Below are positions 19,180-28,529 of a DNA stretch of 64,000 bases, one piece after another. The position numbers and the translations under genes were made by a program. A model generated the notes under the pieces. It was not told where the DNA came from, did no database searches, and was given only the letters and a program-made list of their open reading frames with translations. Source of the DNA: an uncultured Maribacter sp. (GTDB taxonomy: Bacteria; Bacteroidota; Bacteroidia; Flavobacteriales; Flavobacteriaceae); the NCBI GenBank assembly GCA_947498505.1, contig CANMKG010000012.1, positions 18,924 to 82,923 on the forward strand, in the 5' to 3' direction. Numbering within the stretch: the first letter of the stretch is position 1; each line of letters opens with the position of its first letter.

Positions 19180-20502
19180 ATGAATACTAGACTTTTTTAC
19201 ATTACTTTTTTATCATTTATTTTTTGCTCGTTTATTACACTAGCTTCTGAAAACCAAGAAGAACAGGATATTGACCCATTTGTCGTTGTGCTGGATGCGG
19301 GGCATGGAGGCCATGACCCAGGTAATTTAGGGAATGGTTATTTAGAAAAAAATATTGCACTTAATATAGTTTTGAATGTTGGTAAAATATTAGAACAAAA
19401 CCCTAATATTAAAGTAGTTTATACAAGAAAGGATGATACGTTTATTGATTTGTTTGTTCGCGGCGAAATTGCAAACAAAGCAAATGCTGATTTGTTTGTT
19501 TCAGTTCATTGTGATTCCCATAGTTCAGATGCTCATGGTGCAGGAACGTTTGTATTAGGATTGCATGCCAATAAACAAAATTTTGAAATCGCGAAAAAGG
19601 AAAACTCCGTGATTTACTTGGAAGATAATTATGAATCTAGATATGCAGATTATGATATTAATTCTCCAGAGTCTGTAATAGGTTTAACCATTATGCAAGA
19701 GGAGTTTTTAGATCAGAGTATTTCATTAGCTAAAATGATTCAAGATAACTTTACAGGAAATTTAAAGCGAAAAGATAGGAAGGTTAAACAGGCTGGATTT
19801 ATAGTGTTACATCAAACTTTTATGCCAAGTGTTTTGGTAGAAACTGGGTTTTTAACCAATAAATCTGAAGGACAATATTTAAACTCCTTAAAAGGGCAAA
19901 AAGAAATGGGTTCCGCTATAGCAAAAGCCATCTTGAAATATAAAGAAGGTATTCAAGGCAGTACTTTTAATACACCAATTAGTACTAAAGAGGAAGAAAT
20001 GCTTCCTGTGGTGGAACCAATAAAAAAAGAAGAAAAACAAGATACTCCTCCGGCAGTTGAAGTTGTTAAAGAAGAAAAGAAAACAGTTGAAAAACCTGAA
20101 GTTGTTATTAAGGAAGATGAGAAACCTGCTGTTGTTGTAAAAGAAAAATCAAAGCCAAGTAAACCAATTGTAAAAGTTGAGGAGAAGGAAGTAAAGAAAG
20201 AATCGGTTGAGCTACCTATTGATGAAAAAGGAAAATCTAGAATTGAGTTTAGAGTTCAGATTATGGCGACTGTTAAAGTAATTCCGTTAGATGGAGATAA
20301 TTTTAATGGATTAAATAAGTTATCTAAAGAACAATACAAAAACTTTTATAGGTACATGTATGGCAATGTTGATACGTACCAAGCTGCAAAACTGTTAAAA
20401 TCAAATGCTGATTTAAAAGGATATAAAACATCGTATATTGTAGCATATAAAGACGGCAAACGTATTCCAGTGAAGGAAGCACTTAAATACGTTTCACAAT
20501 AA
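19180..20502 (+). CDS. N-acetylmuramoyl-L-alanine amidase (Amidase_3) with a K/E/P/V-rich linker and a C-terminal SPOR domain
   Basis: It carries VVLDAGHGGHDPG and SVHCDS zinc-amidase motifs. The C-terminal ~80 aa (FRVQIMA...YKTSYIVAYKDGKRI) are SPOR-like. Confidence 0.85.
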   Translation: MNTRLFYITFLSFIFCSFITLASENQEEQDIDPFVVVLDAGHGGHDPGNLGNGYLEKNIALNIVLNVGKILEQNPNIKVVYTRKDDTFIDLFVRGEIANKANADLFVSVHCDSHSSDAHGAGTFVLGLHANKQNFEIAKKENSVIYLEDNYESRYADYDINSPESVIGLTIMQEEFLDQSISLAKMIQDNFTGNLKRKDRKVKQAGFIVLHQTFMPSVLVETGFLTNKSEGQYLNSLKGQKEMGSAIAKAILKYKEGIQGSTFNTPISTKEEEMLPVVEPIKKEEKQDTPPAVEVVKEEKKTVEKPEVVIKEDEKPAVVVKEKSKPSKPIVKVEEKEVKKESVELPIDEKGKSRIEFRVQIMATVKVIPLDGDNFNGLNKLSKEQYKNFYRYMYGNVDTYQAAKLLKSNADLKGYKTSYIVAYKDGKRIPVKEALKYVSQ

Positions 20503-20557
20503 TAGAATCTTCTAAAAATTTATTTCTAATTTTGTTAGGAACAGAAAAACAATCCGT

Positions 20558-21520
20558 TTGAAACTATCTAGAGAAATTAAAACCGGAATTATCGTTATTG
20601 GAGGTGTTCTGTTATTTATTCTAGGCTTTAGCTATTTAAAGTCTTCTCCTCTTTTTGATGACAGCAAAACGTTATATGCAATTTATCCACATGTACAAGG
20701 ACTGCAAACAGGAACACCAGTTTCAATAAATGGACTTTCGGTTGGAACGGTTAATGACATTAGAAGGTTAGATAATAAAGGAAATTTGGTGGTTACTTTT
20801 TCTGTAAATAATGAATTTTCTTTTTCAAAAAATAGTACTGCTGAGTTGTACGACACGGGTATTATTGGAGGTAAGGGACTGCAGATAATACCAGTTTTTG
20901 ACGCTTCTAGCCTAGCACAAAGTGGAGATACTTTAATAACGCTAACTAGGCCAGGTTTAACGGAACTTGCACAACAAAAATTGACACCCTTGTTTAAAAA
21001 GTTTGAATCTGCTGTTACAGATGCTGATTCTGTTTTACTAAACGTTAATGAGGTTTTAGATACTAAAACAAAAAAAGATTTGCAAAATGCTATTACTGGA
21101 TTAAGTAATTTAATGGTAAGTTTAGAGAGTAGTGGAGCAGTGCTTAATCGTTTATTAAAAAGTAATGAGAAAAAATTGGACAGTTCACTAACTAATTTTG
21201 AAACACTTACTAGTAATTTTGCTAAACTATCAGACTCTCTTAATAATGCAGGTTTAGGAAGGACATTAGCAAGTTTAGAAGGTACAGTTGCAAATTTAGA
21301 TAAGTTAATGGCTAAAATAGAAGGAGGAGAGGGTACTATGGGAGCGCTTATGAACAATAAAGAGCTTTATAATAACCTTAATAATGCTTCTAAAGAACTT
21401 GATTTACTGTTGCAAGACTTTAGACTTAATCCAAAGCGATATGTAAATGTTTCGGTTTTTGGAAAAAAACAAAAAGATTATGCGTTACCAGAAAATGATC
21501 CTGCCGAAAAAAATGAATAA
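20558..21520 (+). CDS. MlaD/MCE family protein
   Basis: 320 aa with a TTG start. It has an N-terminal TM (IKTGIIVIGGVLLFILGF), an MCE domain (V.GL..G.PV.ING..VG.V) and a coiled-coil tail. Confidence 0.75.
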   Translation: MKLSREIKTGIIVIGGVLLFILGFSYLKSSPLFDDSKTLYAIYPHVQGLQTGTPVSINGLSVGTVNDIRRLDNKGNLVVTFSVNNEFSFSKNSTAELYDTGIIGGKGLQIIPVFDASSLAQSGDTLITLTRPGLTELAQQKLTPLFKKFESAVTDADSVLLNVNEVLDTKTKKDLQNAITGLSNLMVSLESSGAVLNRLLKSNEKKLDSSLTNFETLTSNFAKLSDSLNNAGLGRTLASLEGTVANLDKLMAKIEGGEGTMGALMNNKELYNNLNNASKELDLLLQDFRLNPKRYVNVSVFGKKQKDYALPENDPAEKNE

Positions 21521-21527
21521 AACGTAA

Positions 21528-22853
21528 ATGAATTATATACCTAACATCGTATTTGCTTTAGTTCTACTATGTGGAATTTTGTTCTTTTCAAGAAATGTAA
21601 AAAAACTATATAGGAATATAAAACTAGGTAAAGATGTTGATGTTAGTGATAACGAGCCTTTACGTTGGAGGAATATGGTCAATATTGCTCTTGGACAATC
21701 TAAAATGGTTGTTAGACCAATAGCAGGATTACTTCATATAGTAGTTTATGTTGGTTTTATCATTATAAACATTGAAGTTCTTGAGATTGTTATTGATGGT
21801 CTCTTTGGAACACACCGCGTTTTTGCTTTTCTTGGTAGTGCTTACAATATATTAATAGCGTCATTTGAAATACTTGCTTTACTAGTAATCGTATCGGTTA
21901 TTCTATTTTGGGTTCGTCGTAATATCATACGATTACAGCGATTTGTAAAACCTGAAATGAAAGGATGGCCTAAAAATGATGGGAATCTAATTTTGTATAT
22001 AGAATTGGTATTGATGGTTTTATTTTTGACCATGAATGCTGCGGATTATCAATTGCAGTTATTGGATGCCGAAGGCTATACTAAAGCTGGCTCTTTTCCT
22101 GTAAGTGGATATTTTAGTATGTTGTTTAATGGAGCTTCTGCCTCTAGTTTAATACTAGTGGAACGAACAGCTTGGTGGTTACATATTGTAGGTATTTTGT
22201 TTTTTCTTAATTACCTATATTATTCAAAACATTTGCATATACTATTGGCGTTTCCAAATACGTATTATGGAAAAGTTACTCCTCAAGGAAAATTTAAAAA
22301 TTTGGAGTCTGTTACCAAAGAGGTAAAACTAATGATGGATCCGTCAGCTGATCCCTTTGCTGCTCCTGCAGAAGATGCTCCTCCACCTGAAAAGTTTGGA
22401 GCATCAGATGTTCAAGATTTAAATTGGGTACAATTATTGAATGCCTATTCATGTACAGAGTGTGGAAGATGTACTAGTGAATGCCCTGCCAATTTAACTG
22501 GAAAAAAATTATCTCCAAGAAAGATAATGATGGATACCAGAGATCGTCTCGAAGAAGTTGGTAAAAATTTAGATGTTAATAAAGGAAACTTTATTGATGA
22601 TGGTAAGCAACTTTTAGGAGACTATATAAGTCACGAAGAGTTGTGGGCATGTACATCATGTAATGCTTGTGTAGAAGCTTGTCCAATTAGTATTGACCCG
22701 TTGAGTATAATTATGGACATGCGTCAATACTTAGTAATGGAGCAATCAGCAGCACCATCGGATTTAAATAATATGATGGGCAATATTGAAAATAACGGAG
22801 CCCCCTGGCCATTTAATCAAATGGACAGACTTAATTGGGCTAAAGAAGAATAA
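21528..22853 (+). CDS. Membrane-anchored 4Fe-4S dicluster protein (HdrD/DsrK N-terminal-half-like fused to a polytopic membrane domain)
   Basis: 441 aa. The first ~230 aa hold about 5-6 hydrophobic helices. Two ferredoxin-type cysteine motifs follow: CTECGRCTSECP and CTSCNACVEACP. Confidence 0.7.
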   Translation: MNYIPNIVFALVLLCGILFFSRNVKKLYRNIKLGKDVDVSDNEPLRWRNMVNIALGQSKMVVRPIAGLLHIVVYVGFIIINIEVLEIVIDGLFGTHRVFAFLGSAYNILIASFEILALLVIVSVILFWVRRNIIRLQRFVKPEMKGWPKNDGNLILYIELVLMVLFLTMNAADYQLQLLDAEGYTKAGSFPVSGYFSMLFNGASASSLILVERTAWWLHIVGILFFLNYLYYSKHLHILLAFPNTYYGKVTPQGKFKNLESVTKEVKLMMDPSADPFAAPAEDAPPPEKFGASDVQDLNWVQLLNAYSCTECGRCTSECPANLTGKKLSPRKIMMDTRDRLEEVGKNLDVNKGNFIDDGKQLLGDYISHEELWACTSCNACVEACPISIDPLSIIMDMRQYLVMEQSAAPSDLNNMMGNIENNGAPWPFNQMDRLNWAKEE

Positions 22854-22864
22854 AAAAAGGACCT

Positions 22865-23656
22865 ATGGGAAACGAATTAAAAGTACCTACAATGGCAGAA
22901 CTTTTTGCCTCGGGTCAGCAACCAGAAGTTTTGTTTTGGGTTGGATGCGCAGGAAGTTTTGATGATAGGGCAAAAAAAATAACAAAAGCGTTTATTAAAA
23001 TATTAAATAAAGCTAACGTGTCCTTTGCAGTCTTAGGAACCGAAGAAAGTTGTTCAGGAGACCCTGCAAAAAGGGCTGGTAATGAGTTTTTGTTTCAAAT
23101 GCAAGCAGTTACAAATATTGAAGTAATGAATGCTTATGAGGTGAAAAAAATAGTTACTACATGTCCGCATTGTTTTAATACACTAAAAAATGAATACCCA
23201 GAGTTAGGAGGTGATTACCAAGTTGTTCATCATACTCAATTTATAAATCAATTGTTGGAAGACGGAAAAATTTCCTTAAATGGAGGTTCGTACAAAGGAA
23301 AAAAGATAACATATCATGATCCATGTTATTTGGGTAGAGCTAATAACGTTTATGAGGCGCCTCGTGATTTAATCAAGAAGTTAGATGCTGAATTGGTTGA
23401 AATGAAAAATTGTAGGTCAAAAGGGCTATGTTGTGGTGCTGGAGGAGCGCAAATGTTCAAAGAACCTGAAAAAGGAGAACAAGACATTAACGTAAAACGT
23501 ACTGAGGAGGCGATTGAGGTTAAACCGGATATTGTGGCAGCTGGTTGTCCGTTTTGTAATACAATGATGACTGATGGTGTTAAGGCAAAGGAAAAAGAGT
23601 CTTCAATTGCAGTTTTAGATATTGCTGAACTTATTGCAAATGCGGAAGATTTGTAA
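22865..23656 (+). CDS. Cysteine-rich CCG-domain (Fe-S)-binding protein (HdrD C-terminal half / GlpC / LutA-like)
   Basis: 263 aa with two CCG-type cysteine clusters: CPHCFNT...DPCYLGR and CCGAGG...GCPFCNTM. It starts 11 nt after the previous gene. Confidence 0.7.
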   Translation: MGNELKVPTMAELFASGQQPEVLFWVGCAGSFDDRAKKITKAFIKILNKANVSFAVLGTEESCSGDPAKRAGNEFLFQMQAVTNIEVMNAYEVKKIVTTCPHCFNTLKNEYPELGGDYQVVHHTQFINQLLEDGKISLNGGSYKGKKITYHDPCYLGRANNVYEAPRDLIKKLDAELVEMKNCRSKGLCCGAGGAQMFKEPEKGEQDINVKRTEEAIEVKPDIVAAGCPFCNTMMTDGVKAKEKESSIAVLDIAELIANAEDL

Positions 23657-23698
23657 ATTGATTTAAAAATCAATTCATTTAAATTCAAAAGAAAATTA

Positions 23699-24181
23699 AT
23701 GTTAGTAGATTTTAATACATTGCCAAATACGGCAAGAGTCTGGGTTTATCAGGCTAGTAGAACCTTTTCAGAGATTGAGTTATCTCAAATAAAAGAGGAG
23801 GTGGAAGCTTTTATTGAAGAATGGACAGCTCATGGAGCGGATTTAAAAGCGGGCTATGAAGTAAAATATAAAAGGTTTATTGTACTTGCCATAGATCAAT
23901 CATTTAACTCGGCTTCTGGTTGTTCAATAGATGCATCGGTTCATTTTATACAAACCTTGGAAAAAAAATACGATGTATTACTCTTAGATAAAATGAATGT
24001 CTCTTATAAGCAAGGTGAATTTATAGCTTACAAACCATTAGTTGATTTTAAAAAAATGGCGAAACAAAAATCTGTTTCGGCGAACACTATAGTTTTCAAT
24101 AACTTGGTTACAAATAAATTGGAATATCTAGAACATTGGGAAGTCCCTGCTTCTGAAAGTTGGCATAGCAGATTTATGTAG
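23699..24181 (+). CDS. Conserved hypothetical protein, ~160 aa
   Basis: This is an uninterrupted ORF, co-oriented with the Fe-S pair and 42 nt downstream of it. I see no Walker A or B motif, TM helix or signal peptide. From memory, homologues in Flavobacteriia are often labelled 'ABC transporter ATPase', which the sequence does not support. Confidence 0.5.
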   Translation: MLVDFNTLPNTARVWVYQASRTFSEIELSQIKEEVEAFIEEWTAHGADLKAGYEVKYKRFIVLAIDQSFNSASGCSIDASVHFIQTLEKKYDVLLLDKMNVSYKQGEFIAYKPLVDFKKMAKQKSVSANTIVFNNLVTNKLEYLEHWEVPASESWHSRFM

Positions 24182-24237
24182 ATTGCTACACGATTTGATT
24201 TTCTTTTACGTTTTAGGTATCCAACACTTAACTTTTT

Positions 24238-27150
24238 ATGCGATTTAATATAGCTATCTATATATTTTTTATTGGTTTTTTTTCTGCGCAAGCGCAAACC
24301 AATCCTTTAGTTACAAACGATAGCTTAGCCCAGCACCATTGGGTAGAGGAGCAATACAATGAAATGTCTCTTGAGGATAAGTTTGGACAGTTATTCATGG
24401 TAAGCCTAGCTTCAAATGGTAGTAAGTCCGCTGTAACAAGGATTAAAAAACTTATTAGAGAGCAAAAAATTGGTGGAGTTATTTTTTCTAAAGGAGGGCC
24501 AATTCAGCAAGCAAAGCTTACGAATACCTTTCAGAATATTTCTAACACTCCGCTTTTAATAGGAATGGATGCAGAATGGGGGCTTGCAATGCGTTTAGAT
24601 TCTACATACGCTTTCCCCTGGAATATGACTTTAGGCGCTATTAAGGATAATAGTATTGTTGAAAAAGTAGGCTATAGGATAGGTTTACATGCAAAACGAT
24701 TAGGAGTTCATATAAATTTTGCACCAGATGTGGATATTAATACAAATCCTAAAAACCCAATTATTGGAAATAGATCGTTTGGTGAAAATCGTGAAAATGT
24801 TACTGAGAAAGGAGTTTCGTTTATTAAGGGAATGCATAAAGCTGGTGTTTTATCAAGCGCAAAACACTTTCCTGGTCATGGAGATACAGCAACGGATTCT
24901 CATTTAGCTCTGCCTACCATTAATTTTGAAAGAAAACGATTAGATAGTATAGAGCTTTACCCCTATAAAAAAATGATTCAGGAAGGGGTTAGCAGTATTA
25001 TGGTTGCTCATTTATATGTTCCGCATTTAGAATTGAAAGAAGATTTACCTTCATCTCTTTCTGAACAAATTGTTACCGGAGTTTTAAAAGAAGAAATGAA
25101 ATTTAATGGTTTAGTTTTTACCGATGCCCTAAATATGAAAGGAGCTTCTGATTATGGAAAAGAAGGAGAGGTGGAGACAATGGCACTCTTGGCGGGTAAT
25201 GACATTTTATTAATGCCAACATCAGTAGAACTGGCAAAAAAAAGGCTGTTAAAATTATATAATAAGGGGAAAATTTCAGAGGAACGCTTAGCACATTCTG
25301 TTAAAAAAATACTGCTCGCAAAATATAAAGTAGGGCTTCACAAAAAAAATAATGTAAAAATTCAAAATTTACATGCTGACTTAAATTCGTTAGATGATGA
25401 TTTAGTATATGAGGAGGCAATTGAAAATGCTATAACAGTCATTAAAAATAAGTTCAATTTAATTGGAATTAAAAGATTAGAGAATAAAAAAATTGCCTAC
25501 ATAAAATTTGGAAATGATGATAATGAAGCTTTTGTAAAAGAGTTACGTAAATATGCGGATGTTGCCTTAATAAACGCAAATGATATTAGTACTATAAAAA
25601 AGCAACTTTCAGCATTTAATTTGGTTATTATAGGTCATCATACAAACAATGATAGTCCTTGGAAACCATATAAATTTTCAAAAACAGAGCGATTTTGGTT
25701 GCAGGAAATAGCTAGTGTTCGTACCTCTAATACTATTTTATGTACATTTTCTAAGCCGTATTCACTATCGGATATCACAGACTTTAACAGTATAGATGCT
25801 GTGGTGGTTGGCTATCAAAACAGTAAAATGGCGCAGCAAAAAATGGCACAGTTAATTTTTGGAGCCATTCCAGCAAAGGGAGAATTGCCGGTTAGTATTA
25901 CCGATGAATTTCCAGCAGGTACCAAGGTGACTTTAAGTTCTCTAAAAAGGTTAGGATATAGTTTTCCTGAGCGTACAGGGATGAGTTCTATAAAATTAAA
26001 GGAAATAGATAGGTTGATTCAAAATGGGCTTGATTCTCTGATGTTTCCTGGAGCGCAGGTGGTTGTTGCTCGAAAGGGAAAAATAATATATAATAAAGGT
26101 TTTGGTAAGCCTACGTACAATTCTAAAGAAAAAATCACACCAAATCACATTTATGATTTGGCATCGGTAACAAAAATTTTAGCTACACTTCCTGTAATAA
26201 TGAAAATGGAAGAAGAAAATAAAATAGCTTTAAACAATACCTTTCAGGAGTTAATTCCAGAATATTCAGATACCGAAATTAAAAATGTTACGGTACTAAA
26301 AGCTCTGTCTCACTATGGAAGATTGCCCGCATGGATAGCTTTTTATGCTGCAACACTTAACAAAAATAAAAAACCATCTAAAGAGTTTTATAGAAATACC
26401 TTAGAAGATGGATTTTCAACCAAAGTTATAGATGGGTTGTATTTAGCAGACGCCTATAAAGATTCTATATATAATCGTATTGGAAGGCAAGATTTAAAAT
26501 CGAATAGATATCGTTATAGTGATGTGGCCTATTATGTGATGAAAAAGTATGCAGAAGATACGTATAAAAATAAATTGGATAAACTGGCATTAGATTTTAT
26601 TTATAAGCCAATAGGAGCTACTAAAACAAGATATAATCCTTTGGATGAATATGATAAATCAATAATAGTGCCTTCAGAGGAAGATACCTATTATAGGTAC
26701 CAAACTGTACAGGGATATGTACATGACATGGGGGCAGCAATGCAGGGTGGAGTAGGAGGTCATGCCGGATTGTTTAGTAATGCAAATGATGTTGCTAAAA
26801 TTATGCAAATGTACCTTCAAGGGGGCTCCTATGGTGGAACACGTTTTTTTGATTCGCGAACAATTAAAAAGTTTAACACTTGTTACTTTTGTCATAAAAA
26901 TGTAAGAAGAGGAGTTGGTTTTGATAAACCACAATTAGAAGAAAGTGGACCTACTTGTGGTTGTGTTTCTCGTAAAAGTTTTGGTCATAGTGGATTCACA
27001 GGAACATATACATGGGCGGATCCAGAAGAAGAAATTGTCTACGTTTTCTTATCAAATAGAACTTATCCAACTGCATCTAACAGACTTTTAGTTAAATCTG
27101 GGTTAAGAACTAGAATTCAACAAGCCATTTACGACTCAATACTAAATTAA
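24238..27150 (+). CDS. Secreted fusion protein: glycoside hydrolase family 3 (NagZ-like beta-N-acetylhexosaminidase) N-terminal half plus a serine beta-lactamase/PBP-like hydrolase C-terminal half
   Basis: 970 aa with a signal peptide (FFSAQAQ). The GH3 signature KHFPGHGDT is in the N-terminal half, along with NFAPDVDI and NRSFG. The C-terminal half has the S-x-x-K motif (LASVTK) and HSGFTG, typical of class C/AmpH-like serine hydrolases. Confidence 0.8.
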   Translation: MRFNIAIYIFFIGFFSAQAQTNPLVTNDSLAQHHWVEEQYNEMSLEDKFGQLFMVSLASNGSKSAVTRIKKLIREQKIGGVIFSKGGPIQQAKLTNTFQNISNTPLLIGMDAEWGLAMRLDSTYAFPWNMTLGAIKDNSIVEKVGYRIGLHAKRLGVHINFAPDVDINTNPKNPIIGNRSFGENRENVTEKGVSFIKGMHKAGVLSSAKHFPGHGDTATDSHLALPTINFERKRLDSIELYPYKKMIQEGVSSIMVAHLYVPHLELKEDLPSSLSEQIVTGVLKEEMKFNGLVFTDALNMKGASDYGKEGEVETMALLAGNDILLMPTSVELAKKRLLKLYNKGKISEERLAHSVKKILLAKYKVGLHKKNNVKIQNLHADLNSLDDDLVYEEAIENAITVIKNKFNLIGIKRLENKKIAYIKFGNDDNEAFVKELRKYADVALINANDISTIKKQLSAFNLVIIGHHTNNDSPWKPYKFSKTERFWLQEIASVRTSNTILCTFSKPYSLSDITDFNSIDAVVVGYQNSKMAQQKMAQLIFGAIPAKGELPVSITDEFPAGTKVTLSSLKRLGYSFPERTGMSSIKLKEIDRLIQNGLDSLMFPGAQVVVARKGKIIYNKGFGKPTYNSKEKITPNHIYDLASVTKILATLPVIMKMEEENKIALNNTFQELIPEYSDTEIKNVTVLKALSHYGRLPAWIAFYAATLNKNKKPSKEFYRNTLEDGFSTKVIDGLYLADAYKDSIYNRIGRQDLKSNRYRYSDVAYYVMKKYAEDTYKNKLDKLALDFIYKPIGATKTRYNPLDEYDKSIIVPSEEDTYYRYQTVQGYVHDMGAAMQGGVGGHAGLFSNANDVAKIMQMYLQGGSYGGTRFFDSRTIKKFNTCYFCHKNVRRGVGFDKPQLEESGPTCGCVSRKSFGHSGFTGTYTWADPEEEIVYVFLSNRTYPTASNRLLVKSGLRTRIQQAIYDSILN

Positions 27151-27155
27151 AGGGG

Positions 27156-27163
27156 TAGATTTG
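27156..27163 (+). promoter_or_regulatory. Candidate -7 promoter box (TAnnTTTG) upstream of bshA
   Basis: TAGATTTG is an exact TAnnTTTG match and lies 57 nt upstream of the ATG at 27220. Confidence 0.3.
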
Positions 27164-27219
27164 TAATTACTAAATAGGAAATACAACTTATTATTTAGTA
27201 AACAGAGAAATTTTATCGA

Positions 27220-28365
27220 ATGAAAATAGCAATAGTTTGTTATCCAACTTTTGGAGGAAGTGGAGTTGTTGCCACAGAATTAGGTATAGCTTTGGCTACC
27301 AGAGGACACGAGGTTCATTTTGTAACCTACAAGCAACCCGTAAGATTAGAGCTTCTAAATAATAATATATATTTTCATGAAGTTCATGTGCCAGAGTACC
27401 CGTTATTTCATTATCAGCCTTATGAGCTTGCTCTGTCTAGTAAACTGGTAGACACTATTAAACTATATGATATAGATTTGCTTCATGTACATTACGCAAT
27501 TCCTCATGCCTATGCTGGATATATGGCAAAAAAAATGTTGGAAGAAGAAGGTATTCATGTTCCAATGATTACAACATTGCATGGTACTGATATTACTTTA
27601 GTGGGTAAACATCCGTTTTATAAGCCCGCTGTTACATTTAGTATTAATCAATCAGATGTAGTAACATCGGTTTCTGAGAGTTTACGGCAACAAACTTTAG
27701 ACTTGTTTGATATAAAGGGAGAAATAGAAGTTGTTTCTAACTTCATAGATAAACGGAAATACAGCCCTAATTATACGGATTGCGAACGTACCGCAATGGC
27801 AAACGATGACGAAAGAATAGTTACACATATTAGTAATTTTAGAAAGGTAAAACGCATTCCAGATGTGCTTCATATTTTCAATAAAATACAAGAAGAAATT
27901 CCCGCGAAATTGATAATGGTAGGTGAAGGGCCAGAAAAAGAGAATGCAGAATTTATTTGTGAGCAATTGAGAATAACAGATAAGGTGATTTTTCTAGGAA
28001 ATAGCAACGAAATTGATAGAATATTGTGTTTTTCAGACTTGTTTTTACTACCGTCTGAAACTGAAAGTTTTGGATTAGCTGCTTTAGAGGCAATGATTAA
28101 TAAAGTTCCTGTAATTTCAAGTAATTCCGGTGGAATCCCAGAGGTTAATAAACATGGTGTTTCAGGATATTTAAGTGATGTTGGAAACGTTGAGGAAATG
28201 GCCGTTAATGCGCTGAAAATATTGAGAAATGATATGGACTTAAATGCTTTTAAGAAAAATGCTGTAACCGTTGCAGAACAGTTTGATATTTTACAAATCT
28301 TGCCCAAATACGAGGAAATATACGAAAGAGCCTATAGTAGCAGATTTAAAAATGTAGATAGATAA
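27220..28365 (+). CDS. bshA: N-acetyl-alpha-D-glucosaminyl L-malate synthase (bacillithiol biosynthesis GT4 glycosyltransferase)
   Basis: 381 aa. The N-terminus is MKIAIVCYPTFGGSGVVATELG..LA.RGHEVHF. It also has the GT4 E-x7-E region (PSETESFGLAALEAM). This matches what I remember of BshA in Flavobacteriia and Firmicutes. Confidence 0.8.
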   Translation: MKIAIVCYPTFGGSGVVATELGIALATRGHEVHFVTYKQPVRLELLNNNIYFHEVHVPEYPLFHYQPYELALSSKLVDTIKLYDIDLLHVHYAIPHAYAGYMAKKMLEEEGIHVPMITTLHGTDITLVGKHPFYKPAVTFSINQSDVVTSVSESLRQQTLDLFDIKGEIEVVSNFIDKRKYSPNYTDCERTAMANDDERIVTHISNFRKVKRIPDVLHIFNKIQEEIPAKLIMVGEGPEKENAEFICEQLRITDKVIFLGNSNEIDRILCFSDLFLLPSETESFGLAALEAMINKVPVISSNSGGIPEVNKHGVSGYLSDVGNVEEMAVNALKILRNDMDLNAFKKNAVTVAEQFDILQILPKYEEIYERAYSSRFKNVDR

Positions 28366-28446
28366 AATGGCTATATTTTAGGGTGAAAGGAAAAGGTACT
28401 AAAGCGTATTTTAATCTAAGTTTCTTATATGTAGCTATCTAACGAT

Positions 28447-28473
28447 AAAAAAAGCCTTTTCAAGGTTTTTTTT
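28447..28473. terminator. Weak A/T-flanked hairpin, possible terminator after bshA
   Basis: AAAAAAAGCCTT-TTC-AAGGTTTTTTTT. The GC core is only 4 bp, with one G.U wobble and A-U extension. Confidence 0.4.
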
Positions 28474-28529
28474 ATTAAGTTGACTTGATTAATTTAATTT
28501 TATACATTATTAGCCCCTAATTTTACATT

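Noticed and set aside
20683-21357. A 224-aa ORF on the minus strand, fully inside the MlaD-family gene.
   Set aside because: It is antisense to an ORF with clear family features, and its translation is low-complexity (S/L/K/P-rich) with no recognisable motif. The same reasoning applies to the other embedded antisense ORFs in the track. Examples are 454-726, 1777-2019, 10924-11280, 27870-28307, 23350-23688, 57586-57891 and 29114-29341.
23657-23680. An A/T-only inverted repeat (ATTGATTT-AA-AAATCAAT) after the CCG-domain gene, considered as a possible terminator.
   Set aside because: It has no G-C pairs, almost no loop and no following T-run, so it is unlikely to act as an intrinsic terminator.
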